Assembly (NCBI GenBank): GCA_963663035.1
Contig: OY760074.1
Coordinates: 3,040,001-3,104,000 of the forward strand
Reading direction: 5' to 3'
Length of the DNA stretch: 64,000 bases
Source of the DNA: Acidobacteriota bacterium
GTDB lineage: Bacteria > Acidobacteriota > UBA6911 > RPQK01 > JADFOI01
Shown piece by piece: positions 20,527 to 30,074 of the stretch. The notes below the pieces were generated by a model. It was not told the origin of the DNA and made no database searches. It saw nothing but the letters and a program-made list of their open reading frames with translations. Both the position numbers and the translations under genes were made by a program. Each line of letters opens with the position of its first letter. Within the stretch, counting starts at the first letter, position 1.

Positions 20527-20732
20527 AACCAACCTTATAAGAGCCTGTTCCCGATAAGGGTCTATTCCCGACCCATGGAAAAAGCTATTTCCAGCCACTT
20601 TACTTGCTCAGGATGACTATCTTCAATGATCGAGATTCTATAGATAATGGAACCAATAATCAAGTGAGACCAGAATAAGATCAAGCTCGATTAAGGTAAT
20701 TATCACTTTAAGACCATTGTATACTGAACCCC

Positions 20733-22253
20733 ATGACGGTTCGCGTCCGATTTGCTCCGAGTCCAACGGGTCATCTTCACGTAGGAAATCTGCGCACTGC
20801 TCTGTATAACTGGCTTTTCGCCCGTCAGAATCAAGGCATTTTTGTCCTGCGGATTGAAGATACCGATCTGACCCGCTCCCACAGTCGCTTTGAAGAGGAG
20901 TTGATGGAAGACTTGAGGTGGTCTGGCCTGGACTGGGACGAAGGGGTGGACGTGGGAGGTGAGCACGGACCTTACCGACAGACCAATCGCTTGAACCTTT
21001 ACCAAGAGCACTGCAAGCAGCTTCTGAGTGAGGAGAAAGCCTACCACTGCTTTTGTTCCGTTGAAGCAATTGAGCAAGAGAGACAGGCCCAGCTGGCTAC
21101 AGGCCAGCCTCCCCGCTACTCCGGCAAATGTCGGGACATCCCTCCCCAGGAAGCGAGTCAGCGGGTCAGGGACGGCAAAGCAGCGGTGGTGCGCATGAAG
21201 AGCCGCCAGGGAATCGTGACCTTTCAAGATATCGTGTTTGGTTCCCTCGAGGTGGAGGGCAGCGAGATCGGGGACTTCGTGCTCCTGAGATCTGATGGAA
21301 CTGCTCCCTACAACTTTGCCTGTGTCGTGGATGATGTTTTAATGAAGATCACTCATGTGATCCGGGGGGAAGGTCACATTTCCAACACCTACCGACAAGT
21401 CTTGCTCTATGAGGCACTCGGGTTCCAGTTGCCTCATTTCGCCCATCTTTCCACCATCCTGGGAAGGGACGGGACAAAATTGAGCAAACGCCATGGAGCA
21501 ACCTCTATTGATGAATTTCGCCGACAAGGTTTTCTGCCCGGCGCACTTCTCAATTATCTGGCGCTTCTGGGATGGGCTCCTCCTCAAGAGGGGCGCGAGA
21601 TCTTAACACCGGAGCAGCTCAGTGCCGAATTTGATCTCTCTCGAGTCAACCGAAGCCCGGCAGCCTTCGATTGGGATAAATTAAACTGGGTCAATCGCAG
21701 TCACTTGAAAGAGCTGGGCCAACCGCTCCTGACGGAACTGGCCATTCCCTATTTGCAAGATTGCGGCTGGATCCCCCCTGAGCCCTCTGCTGAGATCAAA
21801 GAGTGGTTAGGGGATGTCATCCAGGCGGTTTTCAAATATTTAGACAAGGTGGAGGATGTGGTCCAGGAGACCGAGCTTATCTTCAGCTTTGATCCGGGAA
21901 AAGGTCTGTCGGATCCTGCCGTGCAAGAGGCACTCTCGGAGAATGGTGCCGTGGAGGTCATCCGCGAGTTCCACGATCGAGTTCAACGGCACCAGATCCT
22001 GGATTTGGAGACCTACAAGGGTGTGGTGTCTGAAGTGAAAGAGAGGACGGGCCAGAAGGGAAAGAATCTTTTTCACCCTATTCGGGTGGCATTGACCGCT
22101 CGAATCTCAGGACCTGAACTGAATCAGCTCATTCCCATTTTTGAAGAAGGCCAACACCTGGACCTGCCGGCCCCAATAACGCCCGTTAAGGGCCGGGTGC
22201 AGGCGGTTCTCGATCATCTCCATGATTATCTACGGAATCAACCCGGTAATTGA
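20733..22253 (+). CDS. gltX: Glutamate--tRNA ligase
   Basis: VRFAPSPTGHLHVGN, RIEDTD, KLSKR. Confidence 0.96.
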   Translation: MTVRVRFAPSPTGHLHVGNLRTALYNWLFARQNQGIFVLRIEDTDLTRSHSRFEEELMEDLRWSGLDWDEGVDVGGEHGPYRQTNRLNLYQEHCKQLLSEEKAYHCFCSVEAIEQERQAQLATGQPPRYSGKCRDIPPQEASQRVRDGKAAVVRMKSRQGIVTFQDIVFGSLEVEGSEIGDFVLLRSDGTAPYNFACVVDDVLMKITHVIRGEGHISNTYRQVLLYEALGFQLPHFAHLSTILGRDGTKLSKRHGATSIDEFRRQGFLPGALLNYLALLGWAPPQEGREILTPEQLSAEFDLSRVNRSPAAFDWDKLNWVNRSHLKELGQPLLTELAIPYLQDCGWIPPEPSAEIKEWLGDVIQAVFKYLDKVEDVVQETELIFSFDPGKGLSDPAVQEALSENGAVEVIREFHDRVQRHQILDLETYKGVVSEVKERTGQKGKNLFHPIRVALTARISGPELNQLIPIFEEGQHLDLPAPITPVKGRVQAVLDHLHDYLRNQPGN

Positions 22254-22950
22254 GGCTTTCCAATCGGCGGCCGGCTCACCGGAGCGTATCTGGACTACGC
22301 GAGGAAAATCCAATCCGCGACTGCAAAAGATCATTCAGATGGCGCGCAGTCAGGGCGTCCCTGTTCACTTCGAATCCTCAGGAGTGATCGCCAAAAAGGC
22401 ATCAACCGATCATCATCAGGAAATCGTGGCCGAAATCTCAGCCATTCCTTACACAGATCTAGAAACCATCCTTGAAACCGAGCCGGCCTTGCTTTTACTG
22501 GTAGATGGCGTGGAGGATCCTCGCAATTTAGGGGCTCTGCTGCGTACCGCGGAAGCAGTTGGAGTTGGAGGGGTGTTCATTCCCAACCGCCGGAACTGTG
22601 CCATCACACCGGCCGTCTTCAGATCCAGTGCCGGGGCAGCACTACACTTGAGAATCTCACGCATCGGTAATGTCGTACAGACTTTGCAAACATTGAAGAA
22701 AAGAGGTTTTTGGGTGGTTGGTCTGGATATGCAGGGAGAAGCTTCTGTGAGCCAGATCGATGTGACCTTACCGATAGTCGTGGTGGTGGGAGGGGAACAT
22801 CAAGGGATACGAAAACTGGTTCGAGAGAACTGTGATTTTCTGCTTTCTCTACCCATGAAAGGAAAGATCTCCTCTTTGAATCTCTCGGTGGCTGCGGGAG
22901 TGCTCCTTTATGAGATTCTGCTCAGAAGGGGGGGGGACGCTGACCGCTAA
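22222..22950 (+). CDS. rlmB: 23S rRNA (Gm2251) methyltransferase, TrmH group 3
   Basis: IYGINPV, DPRNLGALLRTA, GGEHQG, SLNLSVAAG. Confidence 0.9.
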   Translation: MIIYGINPVIEAFQSAAGSPERIWTTRGKSNPRLQKIIQMARSQGVPVHFESSGVIAKKASTDHHQEIVAEISAIPYTDLETILETEPALLLLVDGVEDPRNLGALLRTAEAVGVGGVFIPNRRNCAITPAVFRSSAGAALHLRISRIGNVVQTLQTLKKRGFWVVGLDMQGEASVSQIDVTLPIVVVVGGEHQGIRKLVRENCDFLLSLPMKGKISSLNLSVAAGVLLYEILLRRGGDADR

Positions 22951-22965
22951 CCACTGACCGCTGAC
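22938..22965. repeat. Heptamer array (C[GA]CT[GA]AC)x4
   Basis: CGCTGAC CGCTAAC CACTGAC CGCTGAC; contains the stops of both rlmB and the convergent hydantoinase gene. Confidence 0.8.
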
Positions 22966-24962
22966 CTCGGCTCCAGCACCAAGTTTCGCCATTCATCGAT
23001 TTTAACTGCGAAGTCGTCTGGAATGATGGTGGTGGAGCTGTACTCCAGAATAATTGCCGGCCCTAGGAGGCGATTACCGGGGCGAAGCCTTTTGCGAAGA
23101 TAAAAGGCGGCGGGAAGCCAGCGGCCATCGAAGAAAACTTTCTTTTCTTGAATCATGGCACCTTGAGAAGGCTCCTCTGATTCCAGTGGAAATTTGGCGA
23201 TTGGCACTTCGGGATATTTCCCAGACCCACGGACTCGGATGTTGACGATTTCCATCGGTAGGCCAGGATTTGAAAAGCCATAGAACTGCTGATGAAGCCG
23301 GTGAAAGCTCGCTTCAAAATCATCATCAAAGGGAAGGTTCAGCTCATAGGACTGTCCCACATAGCGGACATCCAAGGTCCTTTCCAATTCTAGGTTTTCA
23401 CCGGCAAAGCCTTCATCACTCAGTTGTTGGCGGATACGCTTCTCCAGAGGATGGAACCCTTCTCTGAGGTCTTGTAAAACGTTTGCACCCTGTGAGCGCA
23501 TCAGTAGCGTCAGAGAGGTATCGTGCACCACATTAGAGCGGAGGATTCCCAAGGCTGAGAGCATCCCCGGATTAGGAGGCACCACGACTCGGGGCATGAG
23601 CAGAGCCCGCGCCAGCTCACAGGCATGCAGGCCCCCTGCTCCTCCAAAGCTCACCAGAGTGAAATCTCGTGTGTCGTATCCCTTTTGCAGGGAAATCAGC
23701 TGGATAGCTCCCTCCATCTGGGTATTGACGATTTTCAAGATACCTTCAGCAATCTCAGCGGCTTCCCAGGATTTTTTGGTGGATCGGCCCAGCTTCACTC
23801 CTAACTCTTCCAGCGCCGGCCCGATCTTTTCAGGATGAAGTCTCATTCTTCCACCCAAAAAGTGATCAGGTTCCATACGCCCCAGAAAGAGATTGGCATC
23901 GGTGACCGTCAACTCCCGCCCTTTGCCATAGCACACGGGTCCGGGATCTGCACCGGCACTTTGGGGACCGACACGCAGCAAACCACCGGAATCGATCCTG
24001 GCCATGGAACCGCCTCCGGCCCCGACCGTGTGGATTCCAATCATCTGGACCGGAATCGGTTGATGGTCGATAACAGCCTCCCGGGTCGTTGGGATATGCT
24101 TCTCACACAGACACACATCGGTGGAAGTTCCGCCCATATCAAAGGTGATGATCTTGTCATAACCTGCTTCCTTCAGCAGTTCAAAGGCTCCAACAACACC
24201 GCCGGCAGGACCTGAGAGAAGAGTGCGAAGTGGTTTCACATCCTCGGAGGAAGCAGGGATTGATCCTCCATTGGACTGCATGATGGTCAGTTTTCCCTTC
24301 TGGATCAGAGCTTCGCTGCTCAATGCGGAAAGATAATTCGACATCGTCCCTGTCAGGTACGCGTTCATGACAGTTGCAGAAGTCCTTTCATACTCTCGGA
24401 ACTCGGGGAGAATCTGGTGGGACAGGGAGACGGGAATTTGAGCAGACTCTAGAGCCTCTGCGATTTGCCTCTCGCTCTTAGGATCGCGATAGCTGTACAA
24501 GAGAACGACTGCAATAGCTTCCGGAGCAAGTTGTTGTACTTTCTTGCGAAGCCAAGCCAAGTTCTTCCTCTCCAGAGCAATCAGTGATTGACCGTCCGGC
24601 AGGCGGCGCTCCTTTATGCCAAGACGAAAGTTGGCCTCAACGAGTGGTCTGGGCCGAGAAGAAGAGAGTTGATAGAGTCGAGGACGATTCTGGCGGCCAA
24701 TTTCCAGCAAGTCTTCAAATCCTTCATTGGTAATCAACAGGGTTTTAGCACCTTTTCTCTCCAAGAGAGTATTGGCCGCAATAGTCGACCCATGCTGGAT
24801 CAGATAGCCCTCTCGATTTTCTACGATTTGAGTCAGCCCCTCCAGCACCGCTTTAGCCGGATGCTCTGGAGTGGAGGGAAGTTTCAAGACCGTGATATCC
24901 CCGCCATCCAGGATCACGAAGTCGGTAAAAGTACCCCCTGTATCAACTCCAATTCGAAGCAT
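22947..24962 (-). CDS. Hydantoinase/5-oxoprolinase A (ATP-binding) subunit
   Basis: GVDTGGTFTD, REYER, SGPAGGV, DMGGTSTD, GAGGGS, SAGADPGPVCYG. Confidence 0.92.
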   Translation of the reverse strand: MLRIGVDTGGTFTDFVILDGGDITVLKLPSTPEHPAKAVLEGLTQIVENREGYLIQHGSTIAANTLLERKGAKTLLITNEGFEDLLEIGRQNRPRLYQLSSSRPRPLVEANFRLGIKERRLPDGQSLIALERKNLAWLRKKVQQLAPEAIAVVLLYSYRDPKSERQIAEALESAQIPVSLSHQILPEFREYERTSATVMNAYLTGTMSNYLSALSSEALIQKGKLTIMQSNGGSIPASSEDVKPLRTLLSGPAGGVVGAFELLKEAGYDKIITFDMGGTSTDVCLCEKHIPTTREAVIDHQPIPVQMIGIHTVGAGGGSMARIDSGGLLRVGPQSAGADPGPVCYGKGRELTVTDANLFLGRMEPDHFLGGRMRLHPEKIGPALEELGVKLGRSTKKSWEAAEIAEGILKIVNTQMEGAIQLISLQKGYDTRDFTLVSFGGAGGLHACELARALLMPRVVVPPNPGMLSALGILRSNVVHDTSLTLLMRSQGANVLQDLREGFHPLEKRIRQQLSDEGFAGENLELERTLDVRYVGQSYELNLPFDDDFEASFHRLHQQFYGFSNPGLPMEIVNIRVRGSGKYPEVPIAKFPLESEEPSQGAMIQEKKVFFDGRWLPAAFYLRKRLRPGNRLLGPAIILEYSSTTIIPDDFAVKIDEWRNLVLEPRSAVSG

Positions 24963-25067
24963 TCTATTTGGTTCAGGCTGACGGCTGCTCCCTGATTAAT
25001 AATGAGAGGAAAAATGCTAAAATACACGACCAGACCTTTACTGGCAATGCTTGTCACAGCCCCTGGT

Positions 25068-25089
25068 GGTCAGCGGTCGGCCGGTTAGC
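25068..25089. repeat. Degenerate heptamer array inverted to 22938-22965
   Basis: GGTCAGC GGTCGGC C GGTTAGC. Confidence 0.55.
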
Positions 25090-25098
25090 TGAGAACGC

Positions 25099-27291
25099 AT
25101 GAAGCAAGAAGAACTTTTGCGAAAGATTTATTGGATCTCCGCAGTTCTCATCAGCGTTACTCTCACGTTTCTGGCCAGTGTTGTCTTCCTGAATCCCTCT
25201 TCGGTGGGAAACCCGCGCTTCCTGTGGAACATCAATTTGTGGGCGGTAGTCTGGGCCCTCACCTTTGTCATTGTCCTGGTCCTCTCTTTCATTCTGTCCC
25301 GTGACCTGATCAAGCTCTTTTTCGAATATCAGGCAAATCGTCCCGGCAGCCGCATTAAGACCAAACTCGTGATCACGTTGAGTGCCTTTTCTCTGTTTCC
25401 TGCTCTGATCATGGCATTTCTCGCTTTCGGGCTGATCAACCAAAACCTGCGGCAATGGTTCAGCTCCCCGGCTGAACAACTTTTGCAGTCTTCACAATCG
25501 ATTGCCCGCAGTTACTACGAACAGACCCGTCTTTTCCGCCTTGCCACCGCCCGGTTTCTGGCTCAAGAAGTGGCGACATCAAGGTCGGAGCCTACAGACC
25601 AGTTTGAGAATTTGCGTCGAGAATATCGTTTTGATGGGTTCGTCCTCTTCAATCGTCAACAGGGGAGGGTTTTCGCAGGGGGGGAGTGGCCCCAAGGCCA
25701 GCCCCTCGAATCCAGCATTCAACAGGTCTTGGGAGGAGAGGAGTATTACCGTCTGGAACGCCGGATCGATGAGGATTACGGAATTGTGGGCGTTCCAGTT
25801 CAAGGTGCCTCACAGACTGTCGAGGGCGCACTATTTGCTCATTTTATGATCCCACAGAGCGTAGCCTTTCACGCTATCCAGGTTGATGAGGCCTCCAACA
25901 TATACGAGGCAATCAAGGGAGGCGTCAGTCAGCTCCAGCTCAATTATTTTTCCATATTGGGTTTGACCACCCTGGCCGTGGTGTTTGGGTTCGTCTGGCT
26001 GGGAACTTATATTGCCAAAAAGATTACCGTTCCTTTGGAGGCTTTGGCAGAAGGTTCTCGTGAATTGGCAGAAGGCAATCTTGATCACCGTGTGGATGTT
26101 TCTGCGGTGGATGAGCTAGGAATCCTTGTCGATTCCTTTAATCGAATGGCTGAAGAAATCAAACAGAGCCGGCAGGAACTGGAAAAGGCAAACGCGGAAC
26201 TGAGAGCAACGAACGTACGTCTGAATGAACGTCGGCGCTACATTGAAACTATCCTCCAGAATATCGCTACCGGTGTCATCAGTATTGACGAGTCAGATAT
26301 CATTCGGACGTTCAACGAGGCAGCAGTCAAGATGTTGCAGGTGAATCGCGAGAATATCTTAAACCAGCCCCTCCAAGACGTGGCCGATCCTGACCTCTAT
26401 GAAGAACTCCGGACCATTAAGAAGCGTGCCAGTCTCTATGGCACCTATCGCAAGGAGGTGACCTTCAAGCGGGGCGACCGACAGCTGCACGTCGCAACGA
26501 CAATGACCTCCAATCCGGTTCCTTTTCAGGACGAGGGTGAATATCTCATCGTGCTGGATGATTTGACGGAGTTGATCCAGGCAGAGAAGTTCGCCGCCTG
26601 GCAGGAGGTGGCGCGGCGCTTGGCTCATGAGATTAAGAATCCCCTGACTCCCATTCAACTTTCGGCGGAACGAGTGGAAAAGCGCTTCGAAAAGGTTGCT
26701 GCAGCCTACCCTTCCTCCAGCGAGATCCGCCAGTTTAGGAAGGTTTTGGGAGATGCCATGCGAATCATCGTGGCAGAAGCCGAAAAATTGAAGGCACTGG
26801 TCGAGGAATTTTCACGATTCGCTCGGCTGCCTATCTGCAAGCGAACCGACATCGAACTGCATCAACTCATTGAACAGACACTGGCGCTTTACGATGGGGG
26901 CCTGGAAAAGGTGCAGATCAGAAAGGCCTTCGATCCTAGAATCGCGGAAATCAGCATCGACCCTGACCAGATGCAGCGTGCTTTCATTAATTTAATTGAC
27001 AACTCTTTAGATGCACTGGCGGAGTCTCCAGAAGATCGGTACATCTTGATCCTAACCCAGTTTAACGACGGCCGGGACTCAGTCACCATCGAATTCCAGG
27101 ACAACGGAATCGGCATCTCGCCGGAGGATTACGAGCAGCTTTTTCTGCCTTACTTCTCCACCAAGAAGAAGGGCACTGGTTTAGGATTAGTGATTGTTCG
27201 CCAAATTGTTTCAGAGCACAATGGGTTTGTTCGGGCAGAACCGAATCAGCCGCATGGGACACGACTGATTATGGAACTCCCCGTGAACTGA
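25099..27291 (+). CDS. NtrY-like sensor histidine kinase (HAMP, PAS)
   Basis: AWQEVARRLAHEIKNPLTPIQLSAER, YFSTK, GTGLGL. Confidence 0.92.
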   Translation: MKQEELLRKIYWISAVLISVTLTFLASVVFLNPSSVGNPRFLWNINLWAVVWALTFVIVLVLSFILSRDLIKLFFEYQANRPGSRIKTKLVITLSAFSLFPALIMAFLAFGLINQNLRQWFSSPAEQLLQSSQSIARSYYEQTRLFRLATARFLAQEVATSRSEPTDQFENLRREYRFDGFVLFNRQQGRVFAGGEWPQGQPLESSIQQVLGGEEYYRLERRIDEDYGIVGVPVQGASQTVEGALFAHFMIPQSVAFHAIQVDEASNIYEAIKGGVSQLQLNYFSILGLTTLAVVFGFVWLGTYIAKKITVPLEALAEGSRELAEGNLDHRVDVSAVDELGILVDSFNRMAEEIKQSRQELEKANAELRATNVRLNERRRYIETILQNIATGVISIDESDIIRTFNEAAVKMLQVNRENILNQPLQDVADPDLYEELRTIKKRASLYGTYRKEVTFKRGDRQLHVATTMTSNPVPFQDEGEYLIVLDDLTELIQAEKFAAWQEVARRLAHEIKNPLTPIQLSAERVEKRFEKVAAAYPSSSEIRQFRKVLGDAMRIIVAEAEKLKALVEEFSRFARLPICKRTDIELHQLIEQTLALYDGGLEKVQIRKAFDPRIAEISIDPDQMQRAFINLIDNSLDALAESPEDRYILILTQFNDGRDSVTIEFQDNGIGISPEDYEQLFLPYFSTKKKGTGLGLVIVRQIVSEHNGFVRAEPNQPHGTRLIMELPVN

Positions 27292-27313
27292 CAGATCAGC
27301 CGTTGAATCTATA

Positions 27314-28678
27314 ATGAGCAAAGGAAAGCTTCTCGTTGTTGACGATGAAGAAAACCTGCGGATCTCCCTCCAGGGGATTCTGCGGGACGAGGGATATCAG
27401 GTCGACGTTGTTCCCTCCGGAGAATCCTGCCTGGAGCAACTCAATAAAAAGAAATACGACGTGATTTTGCTCGACATCTGGCTACCGGACAAAGACGGAC
27501 TCGAGGTGCTCAAGGAAATTAGAACGAGACGTCCCAGCCAATACGTGATCATGATTTCAGGGCACGGTACGATCGAAACCGCTGTACAGGCCACTAAGCT
27601 GGGAGCTTTCGACTTCATCGAGAAACCCCTTTCTTTAAAACAAATCATGCCCGTTCTGGAGCACGCCTTCAAGCAACAACGTTTAGAGGAGGAATACAGC
27701 ACCCTGCAGGATTTTATTCGTCGGGAAACAATGATGATCGGAAGTTCTGTCCCCATGAAGGCCCTGCGTCAACAGGTAGAGTATGCCGCGCCCACTGAAG
27801 GAAGAATTCTGATCTACGGAGAGAATGGGACCGGGAAAGAGCTGGTGGCCAGATTGCTTCACCTCAACAGTCCTCGTAAAAAACGTCCCTTTATTGAGGT
27901 CAATTGCGCTGCGATTCCCGACGATCTCATTGAGAGCGAACTGTTTGGGAGTGTCAAGGGAGCGTTCACAGGCTCCACTGAGAGCAGAAAAGGAAAATTT
28001 TTACTGGCCGACCACGGGACTCTGTTTCTGGACGAGGTCGGGGACATGAGTCTCAAGACTCAGGCCAAAGTACTGAGGGTACTGGAAGAACAGCGATTCT
28101 ACCCAGTCGGCAGCAATGAGGCTATTGAGGTGGATGTACGCGTGATCGCAGCTACCAATAAGAATCTCGAGCAAGAGATCGAGCAGGAAACCTTTCGGCA
28201 GGACCTGTTTTTCCGCCTCAATGTCATCCCTTTTGAGGTGCCCCCACTGCGAGAGAGAAAGGAAGACGTCCCCGAACTAGTGGCTTATTTCATGGAAACC
28301 TTCTGTCGGCGTTATGGAAAACCCGAGAAGAGAATCCAGGCCGACCCTATGAAAAAACTGAAATCCTACCACTGGCCGGGTAACGTCCGAGAGCTCAAAA
28401 ATACAGTAGAGCGTCTGGCCATTATGGTTCCCGGTGAGAAAGTCACCGTTTCCGATCTCCCCTCCTCCATTCTCAAACAAGCTCCAAGGACTGCCAAAGG
28501 GACCTCTCTGAAATGGCAAGAAGCTCGCGAGGAATTCGAACGCCAGTTTATCCTGGATCGGTTGGCGGAAAACAATGGAAACATCTCTCTAACAGCCGCC
28601 TCCATTGGAATGGAGAGAACTCACCTCCACCGCAAGCTGAAAGCCTACAAGATCAAAGTGAAAAAAGGGGGCCGCTGA
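27314..28678 (+). CDS. NtrX-like sigma54 response regulator
   Basis: LLDIWLP, MISGHGTIETAV, GENGTGKE, GAFTGS, ERTHLHRK. Confidence 0.92.
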   Translation: MSKGKLLVVDDEENLRISLQGILRDEGYQVDVVPSGESCLEQLNKKKYDVILLDIWLPDKDGLEVLKEIRTRRPSQYVIMISGHGTIETAVQATKLGAFDFIEKPLSLKQIMPVLEHAFKQQRLEEEYSTLQDFIRRETMMIGSSVPMKALRQQVEYAAPTEGRILIYGENGTGKELVARLLHLNSPRKKRPFIEVNCAAIPDDLIESELFGSVKGAFTGSTESRKGKFLLADHGTLFLDEVGDMSLKTQAKVLRVLEEQRFYPVGSNEAIEVDVRVIAATNKNLEQEIEQETFRQDLFFRLNVIPFEVPPLRERKEDVPELVAYFMETFCRRYGKPEKRIQADPMKKLKSYHWPGNVRELKNTVERLAIMVPGEKVTVSDLPSSILKQAPRTAKGTSLKWQEAREEFERQFILDRLAENNGNISLTAASIGMERTHLHRKLKAYKIKVKKGGR

Positions 28679-28706
28679 CTAACCACTGACCACTGACAAC
28701 TGACAA
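28673..28706. repeat. Heptamer array, left arm of the four-helix-bundle cassette
   Basis: CGCTGAC TAAC CACTGAC CACTGAC AACTGAC AA; contains the NtrX-like stop. Confidence 0.85.
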
Positions 28707-28711
28707 GAGCG

Positions 28712-29060
28712 CTAGACGCGGTTGAGGGTGCGAAAAATCATCTTACCTAACTCCTCGTACATCCATGAGCTCCTTGAAAAGAGGTTCGTCCAGTAAGTCA
28801 ATTTCTCTGGCCAATTCCACCCAGTATTTGGTTTCGTCACAGCTTCCCTGGCTGTATGTGAGGAAGCGCCGGTAATCACCCGGAAAATACTTCTGTCGAA
28901 CGTAACTTTCGACGTAATTTGCTACGATCGAGCGACTCGACCTACGAATTTGCTGAGACAGGGAGTATTGCTCGTGTCTGGGAAACTTCTTGCACACCGC
29001 CTCCACAAGCAAGGCCTGCTTAAGGCCTAATCGATAGATCTTAGATTTCTTATAGGTCAT
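28712..29060 (-). pseudogene. Four-helix-bundle protein (TIGR02436 / 23S-IVP-like), frameshifted near the 3' end
   Basis: FP..E.Y.L..QIRRSS.SI.AN..E and RFL..S.GS..ET family motifs; the last helix YEELGKMIFRTLNRV* is in a shifted frame and ends at 28712. Confidence 0.75.
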
Positions 29061-29103
29061 ACTTAGCTATAACGTTCAAACCCAAAAAACTACGAGAACG
29101 GTA

Positions 29104-29162
29104 TTGTCAGTTGTCAGTTGTCAGTTGTCAGTGGTTAGGTGTCAGGTATTAGCTGTTAGCTG
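29104..29162. repeat. Heptamer array, right arm (8 units)
   Basis: TTGTCAG x4, TGGTTAG, GTGTCAG, GTATTAG, CTGTTAG in exact 7-nt register; approximately the reverse complement of the left arm. Confidence 0.9.
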
Positions 29163-29164
29163 CC

Positions 29165-30073
29165 ATGCGTAAATCCATTGGCTCTTTCTTGGACTACCTC
29201 CGGCTCCAAAGGAACTATTCGTCTCACACTGTGAGGAATTACCGGGGAGACCTTCTCCAGTTCTATCAATACCTCACGCGGGGACGAGAAGACATCCACA
29301 TCCACCCGCGAGAGATCGATCACATCAGCATCCGCGATTTTCTCGGCCATCTGCACCAAAAGGGAATTGCCAAGACTTCGCTTGCTCGCAAGCTGGCATC
29401 TATCCGCTCCTTCTTCCGATATCTGTACAAGGAAGGAAAAGTCCCATCCAATCCGGCCCGGCTCGTGAGCAATCCTCGCTTACCGGAGCGTACACCCCGC
29501 TTTCTCTCTGTTCGGGAGGTGGAAACGATCTTAGAGCTTCCCGATTCAGGAACTGAGCGGGGAATAAGAGATCGAGCCATTCTGGAGTTGCTTTATGCCA
29601 GTGGGCTCCGCATTAGCGAGCTGGTGCAGATCAATCTGGAAGATCTCCAACTGGCACAGCGACTCATCAAAGTCTACGGGAAAGGGAAGAAAGAGCGCCT
29701 GGTGCCGTTCGGGAAGAAAGCCAAGCAGGCACTTCGCCTCTACTTGGGAAAACGGGCGGCTTTGCTCCGCCGTCAAGGGACGCCCCGCGAGCCCAAGGCC
29801 TTCTTTTTGAATCTTCGCGGCTCGCGGCTTTCCGCTCGATCCATCGAACGAAACCTAAAGGAGTACATTAAGGGAAGCGCCCTGCTTCTGGATGTTCACC
29901 CTCACCTCTTTCGCCACTCCTTTGCCACTCACCTGCTCACCAACGGGGCTGATCTCCGCTGCATTCAGGAACTGCTTGGGCACGAGAAGCTCTCTACCAC
30001 TCAGAAATACACCCATTTATCCATCGAAGAGCTTCTTCGTGTTTACCGATCCACCCACCCTAAAGCTCGTTAA
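29165..30073 (+). CDS. xerC: Tyrosine recombinase XerC
   Basis: RDRAILELLYASGLRISEL, GKGKKER, HPHLFRHSFATHLL, LLGH..LSTTQKYTH. Confidence 0.9.
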   Translation: MRKSIGSFLDYLRLQRNYSSHTVRNYRGDLLQFYQYLTRGREDIHIHPREIDHISIRDFLGHLHQKGIAKTSLARKLASIRSFFRYLYKEGKVPSNPARLVSNPRLPERTPRFLSVREVETILELPDSGTERGIRDRAILELLYASGLRISELVQINLEDLQLAQRLIKVYGKGKKERLVPFGKKAKQALRLYLGKRAALLRRQGTPREPKAFFLNLRGSRLSARSIERNLKEYIKGSALLLDVHPHLFRHSFATHLLTNGADLRCIQELLGHEKLSTTQKYTHLSIEELLRVYRSTHPKAR

Positions 30074-30074
30074 G

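Noticed and set aside
22928-22936. G9 tract as a phase-variation switch in rlmB
   Set aside because: It lies in the last few codons, so slippage would only alter a few terminal residues before the all-frame stop array.
28712-29060. Four-helix-bundle gene as the Avd of a diversity-generating retroelement
   Set aside because: There is no reverse transcriptase in the window, and I noticed no TR/VR pair with adenine-specific mismatches.
29104-29162. Tandem repeats as a CRISPR array
   Set aside because: The units are 7 nt with no unique spacers, and there are no cas genes.
29165-30073. xerC as a prophage or island integrase
   Set aside because: Size and motifs match housekeeping XerC; no phage genes, tRNA or att repeats were seen.
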